DNA from: a virus
Lineage: Duplodnaviria; Caudoviricetes
Reading direction: 5' to 3' (one strand)
Virus record (IMG/VR): IMGVR_UViG_3300032040_000041
Coordinates: 1-28,315 of that record
DNA length: 28,315 nucleotides
This document shows, piece after piece, positions 1-9,900 of the stretch (position 1 is the stretch's first letter; every line of letters begins with the position of its first letter). The position numbers and the translations under genes were made by a program. The notes below the pieces were generated by a model that saw only the letters and a program-made list of their open reading frames with translations, had not been told where the DNA came from and ran no database searches.

Positions 1-1
1 A

Positions 2-382
2 CACTTCAATGCCATCCGACAGGAACACGCTGACATCGACGATGTCAAAGAAGACCTGAACAGATGGGTTGATGAGCAGCCGGAGTTCGTACGCCCAGCG
101 TTCGAACAGGTGCTGAAGACAGGGTCTGCTAAGCAGGTGGTTGAACTACTCAACGCCTACAAGCAGGCAACGGGAAAGACGGGTGCAGCGCCAGAAGTAC
201 CAGCCTCGTCAGCGAGTAACGGAGCAGGCAAAAAGCCGCAGCGTACACCACCCTCAGCAGGGGCCAAGCGCGCACTGGCAGCCACTCCAAGCACCAAGCG
301 GAAAGACCCGCCGAGACAAGCGGACCCAGACGATTTTTCATCTGCGTTCGACGAAGCGGCCGGTTCCGTAGGTGGCATCTAA
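2..382 (+). CDS. Capsid scaffolding-like protein, C-terminal part (5'-truncated by window edge)
   Basis: The frame of ORF 110..382 is open from base 2 (HFNAIRQEHADIDDVKEDLNRWVDEQPEFVRPAFEQVLKTG...). It has a helical acidic region, an Ala/Pro/Lys linker and the C-terminal motif DDFSSAFDEAA, and it lies directly upstream of the capsid gene. Confidence 0.7.
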   Translation, partial: HFNAIRQEHADIDDVKEDLNRWVDEQPEFVRPAFEQVLKTGSAKQVVELLNAYKQATGKTGAAPEVPASSASNGAGKKPQRTPPSAGAKRALAATPSTKRKDPPRQADPDDFSSAFDEAAGSVGGI

Positions 383-409
383 CACTTACTGACGACGAGG
401 AATACCAAC

Positions 410-1450
410 ATGGCTTTAACTGTTTACGGCGACATCACCCCACGCCAAGCGGCGTTCTCTGTGGCTAACCTGCTTACGCGGGCCATGCCTTACATGATGA
501 TCGAACGCTTCGGTCAGGCGTACCCTATCCCCCGCAACAACACGAAGATTGCGAAGTTCCGTCGCTACTTCATGGTGGGTGCTACAGGTTCAAACTCTGG
601 CGCTGGCGGCGACTTCAACGTGCCTAAAGCGCTAACCCCCCTGACTGAAGGCGTCACACCCGCTGGCTCCAAGCTTGACAGCAAAGATTACACCGTCGAG
701 ATGGAGCAGTACGGTGACTTCCTTGAGTTCTCCGACGTGATCGAAGACACCCACGAAGACATGCCTGCATTGCTTCGTGAAATGACTGACATCCTCGGTG
801 AGCAAGCGGCGCACACTATTGAGACCCTGCGTTTCAACGTGCTGAAGGCCGGCACCAACGTGTTCTACGCCAATGGCGCGGTGCGTACTGCGGTAAATAC
901 CTCGATCACTCTGGGTATGCAGCGTCGTATCACCCGCTCCTTGAAGCGTCAGAACGCCAAGCCGATCACCAGCATGGTTAAGTCCACCGTGAACTACAAC
1001 ACTCAGCCCATCGAGTCTGCGTTCATTGCCCTGACCCACCCGGACATCGAGAACGACATCCGTGATCTGGCTGGTTTCATCTCCGTTAAGCAATACGGCG
1101 GAAGTGTGACCGCGATGGAAGGCGAGATCGGTTCCGTGGAAGACGTGCGCTACATCCGTTCCACCGTGTTCGAAGCGTTCGAGGACGCTGGCGGCGCCGC
1201 GGGCAGCACTGTGTTGTCTACTACTGGCACCTCAGCTGACGTTTACCCCATCCTGTTCTTGGCCCGCGACGCCTACGGCATTGTGCCTCTGCGCGGCCGT
1301 GACTCGGTACAGGTTATGGTGGTTAATCCTCAGCCTACCAACGTCGACCCGCTGGCTCAGCGCGGTACCGCTGGTTGGAAGACGTGGAACGCGACTGTGA
1401 TCCTGCAGGACGCCTTCCTTGTTCGTGCCGAAGTGGCCGCGAGCGTCTAA
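410..1450 (+). CDS. Major capsid protein, N4-gp56 family (HK97 fold)
   Basis: 346 aa with RBS GAGGA upstream. Family-typical motifs: YGDITPRQA, KIAKFRRY, PLTEGVTP, EQYGDFLEFSDVI, GEIGSVEDVRYI, DVYPILFLARDAYG, DPLAQRGTAGWK. Strongly biased codon use; followed by a terminator. Confidence 0.93.
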   Translation: MALTVYGDITPRQAAFSVANLLTRAMPYMMIERFGQAYPIPRNNTKIAKFRRYFMVGATGSNSGAGGDFNVPKALTPLTEGVTPAGSKLDSKDYTVEMEQYGDFLEFSDVIEDTHEDMPALLREMTDILGEQAAHTIETLRFNVLKAGTNVFYANGAVRTAVNTSITLGMQRRITRSLKRQNAKPITSMVKSTVNYNTQPIESAFIALTHPDIENDIRDLAGFISVKQYGGSVTAMEGEIGSVEDVRYIRSTVFEAFEDAGGAAGSTVLSTTGTSADVYPILFLARDAYGIVPLRGRDSVQVMVVNPQPTNVDPLAQRGTAGWKTWNATVILQDAFLVRAEVAASV

Positions 1451-1456
1451 ACAGGA

Positions 1457-1485
1457 GGCCCCCGGTAACACGGGGGCTAACTTTT
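1457..1485 (+). terminator. Probable intrinsic terminator after the capsid gene
   Basis: GCCCCCG-gtaaca-CGGGGGC 7-bp stem (1458-1477) followed by TAACTTTT, just after the capsid stop codon. Confidence 0.75.
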
Positions 1486-1512
1486 ATGCACAGCGAAGTG
1501 CCGAGGCCCAGC

Positions 1513-1758
1513 ATGGATAACAGTCTGAAGATCGAGGTGGCCGAAAACGGCATCATCCTTGAGTACGATGACCCGAAGATCATGGCCAAGAACCGCGAAG
1601 AGGACTCGACCTACGAGGACGCTGAGGTTCGGCTAGTATTCAAAGATGCGAAGGAGGCCATGCCAGAAGCTCAGCGCATACTTAAACTCCTAATGGGCGC
1701 AGAGGACTCAGGTGACGAGTTCGGTGCCGCTTTCGATGAGGCAATGAAAGATGAGTGA
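1513..1758 (+). CDS. Small acidic hypothetical protein (81 aa), head module
   Basis: Restarted from track ORF 1375..1758: ATG 1513 has GAGG upstream and lies past the terminator. Sequence MDNSLKIEVAENGIILEY...GDEFGAAFDEAMKDE; overlaps the next gene by 8 nt. Confidence 0.7.
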   Translation: MDNSLKIEVAENGIILEYDDPKIMAKNREEDSTYEDAEVRLVFKDAKEAMPEAQRILKLLMGAEDSGDEFGAAFDEAMKDE

Positions 1759-2116
1759 TGACAACGATATTGAAAACGTATTCGGCGGGGAAGTTGAGAA
1801 ACCGGCACCGGCTCCAGCCAACTTGAAGAAGCCAAGCCCCAAGAAGGCAGCTCCCGTAGCTAGCGGTCCGGCGAAGGTAGAGTACGTCCGCATTAAGCTG
1901 GCGCACAGCCGAGACATTCCGCCATCCGGCCTGTACCTTGGCCACAATGGCAAAGGCTACCTGCTGAAGCCCGGCATTGAAGCTGACGTCCCCGATTTTT
2001 TGCTCGACGTTCTGGACAACGCGGTAATGAAGAAGCCGGTCACCGGCGCTAACGGCCAAGTAGAGAGCTGGGAAGAACAGCCGCGGTTCATGTATAGTAT
2101 CATTCGGAAGAAGTAA
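1751..2116 (+). CDS. Hypothetical protein, head module (121 aa)
   Basis: Coupled to the previous ORF. Pro/Ala/Lys-rich N-terminus followed by a compact beta-rich domain (GLYLGHNGKGYLLKPGIEADVPDFLLDVLDNA). Confidence 0.75.
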   Translation: MSDDNDIENVFGGEVEKPAPAPANLKKPSPKKAAPVASGPAKVEYVRIKLAHSRDIPPSGLYLGHNGKGYLLKPGIEADVPDFLLDVLDNAVMKKPVTGANGQVESWEEQPRFMYSIIRKK

Positions 2117-2131
2117 CCGTGGAGAACGCTG

Positions 2132-2842
2132 GTGACCCTACAAGAGATGCTCGGAGAACTGCGGGGCCCACTGCTTAGAGACGTAAGCGGAGCCCTAAGC
2201 ACTGACGAGGAAGACCTGTTGTGGACTGACGAGGTCCTTGTTCGTTATATCAACGACGGGTACCAGCGGTTCTGCGAGCGTTCGATGATTCTGGAGGATG
2301 CGACTTCCCCAGAGGCCACCCAGATAGTCCTGCAAGAGGGGGTATTGTCTTACCCTTTGCACAAGTCCGTCATTAGCGTGGCCTCCGCTGTGCTTGACGG
2401 CAAGGCCCTACGCAAAGCGTCGACTAACCAGTCACAGGGGCACCTGCCAGAAGTCATAGGGTTCGGCCCCGGCATTGTGTCTAGCTACCGCGGCGTGTCA
2501 GCGTACCTACCTGACTACAACGTCGGTACGTTCCACGTAGTCGGCACACCGACGGAAGCGGACACCGGTAAGATTATCAACCTGCGGGTTGTACGCCTGC
2601 CGCTCGTCCCGCTCACGCTGGACGATGTCGCCGCTTCCCCCGAAATCCCTATGCAGTACCACCTCGACATCCTTGAGTGGGCGGCTTTCCGCGCGCTCAG
2701 AAACCACGACAACGACGCCGAGAACATGGCCAAGGCCAGCGCGCATAGCACGCGGTTCGAGCGCGCTGTCGAAGAAGCAAAACGCACCCATGAGAACCGC
2801 ACCTTTGTCGGGTTTTCGTTCGCCCCTAGCTGGAGGTGGTAA
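2132..2842 (+). CDS. Head-tail adaptor / tail tubular protein A-like
   Basis: GTG start with GGAG RBS. N-terminal helix pattern TLQEMLGELR...LWTDEVLVRYINDGYQRFC, a central beta insert, and C-terminal PEIPMQYHLDILEWAAFRAL...RF are typical of podovirus adaptors. Position follows the capsid gene. Confidence 0.75.
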   Translation: MTLQEMLGELRGPLLRDVSGALSTDEEDLLWTDEVLVRYINDGYQRFCERSMILEDATSPEATQIVLQEGVLSYPLHKSVISVASAVLDGKALRKASTNQSQGHLPEVIGFGPGIVSSYRGVSAYLPDYNVGTFHVVGTPTEADTGKIINLRVVRLPLVPLTLDDVAASPEIPMQYHLDILEWAAFRALRNHDNDAENMAKASAHSTRFERAVEEAKRTHENRTFVGFSFAPSWRW

Positions 2843-3987
2843 TGGCTACTCCCCAAGAAACGCTGCAAGAAATGATCGCCAACATGCGCGGGGGTGGCGC
2901 TCAGCCGCCTCGGGCGGGCAGCACCGGAACTATGGGTGGCGGAACCTTCAATGGCAAGCGCATCGCCGGCACCACAGCCCCCGCGGGCGCACAACGCTCG
3001 GCGGTCTCGATGAACGGGAACACCAGCATCCGTCAGCCCGGCGTTACTGCTGGCCAGTCGTCTGTGCCCACGGCCAACCCCGCGGGGCGGCTGGCCACGG
3101 CTAACCGGTTACTGGACAACCCTGTGCAATCGTCTCGTACCGGCACCGAGGCCAACCTCAACCCTCAAGTGGGTGAGGCGCTTCGTCGTAGCTTGATTGA
3201 GCAGCAGCGCCTAAGTGGCCCGACCTACGGCAGCATGGGCGCCTTCGAACGCCGTGACCGCCGTGATGCTAGAACGGCTAACCAAGCAAGCGTGGACAGC
3301 GGGCTTGCTGCGCTCCAAGGTATCCGTGAGGGGTCCGTGACTGAGCGCGGTCAGAACATGGCTGCTACCGCTACTCTCGAAGACCGCCAGATGCAGGAGG
3401 CCGGTGCGTTTGACCGCACCCTGCTCGGCCTCGACCAGACTATGCTGGAAGGCCAGTTCGGTCTGGCAGACAGGGCTGCGCAGTCGGCCGCCGCGGACCC
3501 ATACGCCGGGTTCACGCTCGACGTAATGGGCCAGATTGCTAAGGACGCTGACACCAACACCTTGATGGGGCTGGCCAACTTGGGCCGAGGGCAGGGCGCT
3601 ATGGTCGCACCGACCAACCCGTTCAGTATGGAGAGTGGCCCCACGGGTACCGTCATAACCGGCCCGTCAAGCAAAGAAGCGTTTGTGATGCAGGAGTACC
3701 AACGCCTAGGCCCGAACACTCCTGCGGGCCAAGCGTTCCTGACTGGCCAAGGGTACGCCATGGACGAGAACGGCAGGATGAGAACACTGGAAGCAGCCGA
3801 CGCCGCAGACGCCGGAGCGCGGCAGTCGCAGGAAGCCCTGAAGGCCGCCATCGACTGGAACGCACAGCAAGCAGCGTTCGCTGCCCAGCAAGCGCAGCAG
3901 CGTCGGAAAGAGCGGCTGCCTTGGCAGCAGACTTCGTCAGCGCCCTTCGGCGACATGATGTCAATTACCCCCGGCGGAGTTAGATAA
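2842..3987 (+). CDS. Putative internal virion (ejection) protein, ~381 aa
   Basis: ATG 2842 overlaps the adaptor stop (TAATG). Gly/Ala/Gln-rich, low-complexity helical sequence, directly upstream of the giant internal protein. Confidence 0.6.
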   Translation: MATPQETLQEMIANMRGGGAQPPRAGSTGTMGGGTFNGKRIAGTTAPAGAQRSAVSMNGNTSIRQPGVTAGQSSVPTANPAGRLATANRLLDNPVQSSRTGTEANLNPQVGEALRRSLIEQQRLSGPTYGSMGAFERRDRRDARTANQASVDSGLAALQGIREGSVTERGQNMAATATLEDRQMQEAGAFDRTLLGLDQTMLEGQFGLADRAAQSAAADPYAGFTLDVMGQIAKDADTNTLMGLANLGRGQGAMVAPTNPFSMESGPTGTVITGPSSKEAFVMQEYQRLGPNTPAGQAFLTGQGYAMDENGRMRTLEAADAADAGARQSQEALKAAIDWNAQQAAFAAQQAQQRRKERLPWQQTSSAPFGDMMSITPGGVR

Positions 3988-6900
3988 TGGCGGTTCAACC
4001 CCAAGGTAGGTATTTTTCTTCCGACCAACTGGCGCAGATGAGCGAGCGGATTACTGCTGAACGCGCCGCGGGGGTGACCGCTGAGCAGCGCCGCAAAAGT
4101 AACCTGCAACGGGCACTCACAGACCAAGAGCTAAACCGCGACCGTACGCTCGGTGAAGTTGCGTCTGACTCCGGGCTAGCCGGCCTTCAGGGCGTTGTTG
4201 ATCTGGGGTCTGCGGCATACGGTATAGGTAACATTGCGACTGGGGGCGGGCTGGAGGCAGTCACGGGGCTGAGCGATAACTTTGCGCAGACCGGCGGCCT
4301 ACTGGAAGGCGCGAAGACTAACCAGCTCCAGTATGAAAAAATGATGGCGGGCCAAGCCTTCGAGAACGAGGGCCTTGTTTCCGGCGCCGCGGCGTACCTG
4401 TCCAGCCCCGGCCTTATAGCCGACCTTCTCATCCGGTCTGCCCCGTCCATGGCCCCCGCCATTGGCTTCGGCTCGGTGGCTGCGCGTGCTGCGGGCGGTC
4501 GTGCCCTTGAGCGTGGGGCAACCTCGCTTACCGCCGGCAAGGCAGCATCGACTGCGGCTGGCCGCGCTGCTACCGGTGCAACCGCGGCGCAGGTAGGCGG
4601 GATGTCCTACACTGATGCGTACAACCAAGCTATTAGAGAGGGGCTGTCCGAAGGTGAGGCCACCGCGAAAGCGTACCAGACCGCGGCTATAGTGGCTCCG
4701 GCTACTGCGGCTACTATGCTTGTACCGGGCCTCGGCCCCGCCGCTATTGAGGGTCAGGCCATTGCCCGCCTATTTGGCGGTGAAGGCGTTAAAACGGGCG
4801 TTCGTGCGGGCGTAGGCGCGATCGGCGGCGTCGGCGAAGCAACTGCTAAAGAGACCGTGCAAGAGACTCTTCAGGGTACCTCCGAGCAGGCGGCGCTTAA
4901 CCTCGCCAGTGTCGAAAGAAACGTAACGGACAACCTCGGGCAGGCGGCAGTCGTTAGCGCTATCGCCGGCGGCGGCATGGGCCTCGGTGTTGGCCTCGCC
5001 CGCGCACCATCCTCCTTGCGTACCGAGCTCGACACGCTGCGCACCGATACTGCTGAAGACTTGGGTGACCCGAGCCTCGGCTTATCTGAGATCGAGAAGA
5101 GCGACGCGGAGAAGCAGGGCCTCGACACGCCGGCCTACCTGCGCCGCAACGCACGTAGGCAAGCAGAGGGGTTCGTGCCGGGGGGTAAAGACCTTCTGGG
5201 CGGTGACCTGCCCGCGCCACCAGAGTCTGTCGACCTTGCTCCCGCGATACCCTCAGATTTCGTGGATGTCGGGAACGCTACAGGCCAAGGCGTCTTGGAG
5301 ATCGATGAAGCCGCCCAGCCCCCGCTACCAGAGGTGGGTACCGACGAGTCGTTGACGGCCCAAGAGCTCTTGGAAGCCCAAGACTACTTCAGCGCGCTGG
5401 GCTCCACAGGCAACGCTGATGCGCAGTCGCTCATGCCGATCGTCCGCGAGATAGAGACCAACACGGACAACGAGCTGGAAGAGTCTATCCAGATCACGGA
5501 GCTGTTCAACCCCCGCGTTAGAGACGCGCTGGATATGGGGGAGCTTACTGAGGACTCCGTAATCCGCGGCGTGGAGTCCCTACGTGCGCAGGGTGTGGTG
5601 CCCCCACGGTCAGAGTCGCCAACCACTCAGAAGCTGAGGGAGTCGGTGACTACGCCGCCTACGGGCATTACCGAGGCAGACCTTATAGCCGCCCCGCTGG
5701 AGTCAGCGGCTAGCAAAGCGTTCAAAGCGTACCAACGTGGGCTTGCTCAGCGCACCGCCGCCCCACCGCCGGATGCCGCGCCCTCTGGTACCAGCGAGAG
5801 CACCAGCCAGACTATTGACCGCGTGCTGGGCATTACCCAGCGTACCGGCGTGCGCCAAGGCGACCTCCTCACTGGCGAGCAGGTCAGCGCACAGCAGCAG
5901 TCCAGCGCACAAGAAGCATACATAGCAAGCAGCTTCACCGACAGCGGGCGCGTGGATACCTCGGGCAACCCCATCTACACGCAGTACGATCGCGGCCTGC
6001 AGACGCAGGTAGAAGTCCCGTACCAGCAAGTGCAGAGCGAAGCACAAGAGTTCGTCCGCCAGCGCACCGCTGAGCCCGCTTTGCTGTGGAAAGAAACCCT
6101 ATCGAAAGACTTGGGCCTACCCCCGAATACCGCCCTCCGCGGTAAAGGGTGGACAGCGTTCGCCACCTTGGTAAACGAGGCGGGCCTGCGCCCAACAGAC
6201 GACAACGTCGCACCCGAACTGGTACAAGTGACTGAGGCGCTGACTCGCCAAGAGCTGCCGCCGTCCAAGTTCATAGAGCGACTGAGCGAGAAGTACGGCC
6301 CCGGGTCGGACATCGATCAGTCGCTCGCACCTACTCGCAAGCCGGCCAGCAAGCCGAGCACCAGCGGGAAGCCAAGCACGAAGGCCACCGGTCGGAACTG
6401 GAAACAGTATCTGGCTAAGACCCTTGGCCTGAAGCCTACCCAGATGCGCGGCAAGGCGTGGGATACTTTCGACGCCCTAGTCACTGAGCGTGGCATCCGT
6501 CCTGATGACGAGGGCGCTGAAGCGTTCTTGCAAGAAGCCTCCGCCGCCATTGATGCGCCACCCGAGTCTGCACCGGCGTTTGCCGCAGCTCTGCGTACCG
6601 CCTACCCAGTGGCTGAAGACCTCGAAATTACGGTCCCGACTACGCAGGAAGAGTTCGCTGAGCCCGGCGCGTCCGAGGCTACTCAAGACCTTGAGAGCCT
6701 GCCCCAGAGCCCACTGCGTGAGATCGACGGGGAGAAGTTCGAGACACAAGCAGAGCTGGTTGGGTACTTTGTGGACACGTTTGCTGGGTACGCCGACTCG
6801 TTAACTAGGGAGTTCTCCAAAGAGCCCACGTTTATCAAGAAAGAACTGGCGGCCTTGTTCAAGAAGATGGTAAACGAGGTGCGCACTCCGCAGGACTTGC

Positions 6901-9900
6901 CAGCGCTGGTCAAAGCCGTGTATGCGCAGATGCAGTTCCGCGGATTCACACCTATACAACGCCGCAAGTCTTTGTATGAGCCCGTGGCCGCGGTGACCCG
7001 CAAGTTCATGGGTGATGCCCTGACCGTGGAAGAACTGAACAACGCCTTCCTGCCGCTCAGCCGTGAGATTCTGGACGACCGCACCAGCACGTTCCCCGAT
7101 AGGCAGGACACCGGTGTGCTGAGAGAGATCGACGAGTCGTTGACTCGCTACTACGGCGACCGTATTGACATGATGCTGGAAGACCCAGCGAACCCGAACA
7201 ACACCATTAAGTTCTCTCGCACCGGCGACGGCACAGTGTCTACGGCGGACCCGCTGTCCAGTGGTAAAGTCGACCGTGCGGTTCGCCGCGCTAATGCGTT
7301 GGCCGAGTTGGGCGAGAAGCAAATCACCGTGTACGACACGGTCGCTGAGGCTGAAGCTGCGACGGGTACCTCCCTACCCCCAGACACCAACGGCGTGTAC
7401 TACAACGGCGAGGCGGCGGTTATCCGCGAGAACATCACCACTGTAGAGCAGCTGGCTGACACCATGATGCACGAGCGCGCGCACGGGGGGCTTGAGGGCC
7501 TGCTGGGGGCAGAGCGCCTGCGGGCGGTGAACAGCCGGCTGTGGTCTAACCCCGCGCTGCGGTCCCGCATAAAGACCAAGATGGACGCCCTGCAGCTAAC
7601 CCGCCAAGATGCGGCGGAAGAAGTGCTGGTGGACATGATTGTTGGCCGTGAGACCATGAGCAAGTCTATTTTCTCCAAGATTCGTGCGGCCATAAACCGC
7701 ACCGCCGAGGCGCTGGTAGGTCAGGCCGGGTACACTTTCACAAACGCGGACATAAACGCGCTGCTACTGGACACTGCGGACTACATGCGCGGCGGGCAGA
7801 CCTACGCGCAGGGCGAGCCGATAGGCGGCTACGTGAACAAGCTGTCCGAGCTGGAGGCCGCCATCCGTGGCGACGTAATTCCTTCCTCGCCCAAGTTCTC
7901 CGTCGCGGGCATAGCGCTGGAGAATGCCACGCGCACCGGCGAGGCCAGCCTAGACGGCATGAAGAAAGCCTCTGCTGCGCTTGGTGACGCTGTCCGTTCG
8001 GCCATTAAGGACAAGACGTTCAAGCCACTGGCAGACCTAACGCCGCCGGCGGCGACCCGCCTGAACCAGCACGTCATGGACTTCATGCCCTTGCGTGCGT
8101 TGAAGCGCCACTACAAGGGCACCCTAGACGTTGTTAAAATAGACGGAGAGGGTAACGAGACCCGTGTGGATACCGTGGGTACGCACGCCGATTTGGTTCG
8201 TAGGAAAGAAACCTCGTTCAACAAGGAACTCCACGAGCTGCGCGACTACGTGTACACCGGTGCAGACGGCAAGAAAGAAACGATGAACACCTCGGCGCAA
8301 GTCGTTGCCGAAAGCTGGTCCGAGTTCCGTACTAAGAGCCCGATCAAAGCGCGTGAGCTGGACCAGATGAACAACCGGGCCACCACGTACAAGCTGCACC
8401 CAGATCGTAGCTGGGACAAGCAGTCGAAGCTGGACCACACCAAGCTGCCCTACACCGACGCGGAACGCCGCGCTCAGTTCGACAAACTTCGGGCTAACTG
8501 GGGTGCTGTGGGTGAGCAGGGCCACACCCTGTACAAGCAGAGCCAAGCCATCTACGTCAAGTCGTGGACAGACCGGTTTAAGGCGCTGGAGGCGGCGATC
8601 CTGCGGGAGAGCGGGTTGGAGCGCACACTGGTTGACCCTGACACGGGGCAAGAAGTGCGTAACAAGCAGTGGGTCGCCAAGTGGAAAAGCATTATCGACA
8701 CCTCTATCCGCAAGTTAGGCGAGGGCCCTTACTCGCCGCTGCAGCGCCACGGTGACTACTTCATTACTGTGCGTGACGAGAGCGGTGGCGTGCTTCACTT
8801 CTCTGCCTACGACACGGAGCGGGAAGCGATGATTACCGCCGACCGTCTGCGCGAGTCTCGGACTGACCCCACGATAAAGGTGCAGTACAGCGTCCGTAAG
8901 AACTTCGATCAGGCGATGGACGGCATGAACCGCAAGGTTTACGCAAACATGCAGGCGTCGCTGGACTCGGCGTTCCCGGGCACCGATGGTACTGATTCTG
9001 CCAGCCGGAACTCTGCCAGAGACGCCTTGAAATCCGTGTACCTGCAGCAGCTTGAGGACTCGAACATCCTGAAGCATGGCATGAAGCGCAAGTTCGTGGA
9101 TGGCGCCTCACTGGATACGCTACGCGGGTTCACGTCGTACGCGCTGAAGGCTTCTCGTAGCCTGTCGTCGATGCGCTACGACCATCGCATAGAGGACAAC
9201 ATGCGGGACATGGAGCGGGCCATCGACCCCGATGGCTCACCGCAGAAAGTGTCCACCCAGTCAGGCGTGTACGAGGCCGTGCGCCGCCAGCACAAGGCGG
9301 CCGTGGACTACGAGTACAGCCGCGTGGCGGACCTCGTTACTCAGACGGGCTTCGTGTACTGGATGACGTCTCCCGCCCAGATGGCATTGAACGCCTCGCA
9401 AACAGCGCTGGTTACCGTCCCCAGACTGGCGGCTAAGTACAACGCGGCGGGGGCTGCGAAGGCCATCGCTACCGCTACGGTCAAGTTCATGGGGACCAAA
9501 CGGTTCCGTGGTATGCACGACCCCGAGTCCACCACGCTCGACCCGAACTCCGCACACTACCGTGTGATGCGAGAGCTGTTTGACCGGGGGGTGCTGGACT
9601 TCACGCTCTCACACGACATGAGCGGTCTGGCTAGGGGCGACAGCTTCGGCATGAACTCCAAGAAACGCACCGCCCTGCAGTGGATGAGCACGTTCATGCA
9701 CAGCTCGGAGGTAGCTAACCGTGAGATAGCGGCATACGCCTCTGTTGAAATGGAGATGCAGCAGCGAGGCATTACGTCCGAGAGCCTTGCCACCATGGAC
9801 CCAGAGACGCAGCGGAAGACGCTGGACGAGCTGACCGACGTGGCGGAAGAGTTCGTGGATACCACGCAGTTCGACTACAGCCAGTCTAACAAGCCGAAGA

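Noticed and set aside
1375-1512. N-terminal extension of ORF 1375..1758, or a capsid frameshift/read-through product
   Set aside because: The extension overlaps the capsid gene and crosses the terminator; no slippery sequence seen near the capsid stop; a better RBS lies at 1513.
3351-4127. 258-aa minus-strand ORF across the ejection gene junction
   Set aside because: Antisense to well-supported coupled genes; Ala/Ser/Cys-rich mirror translation with no expression signals.
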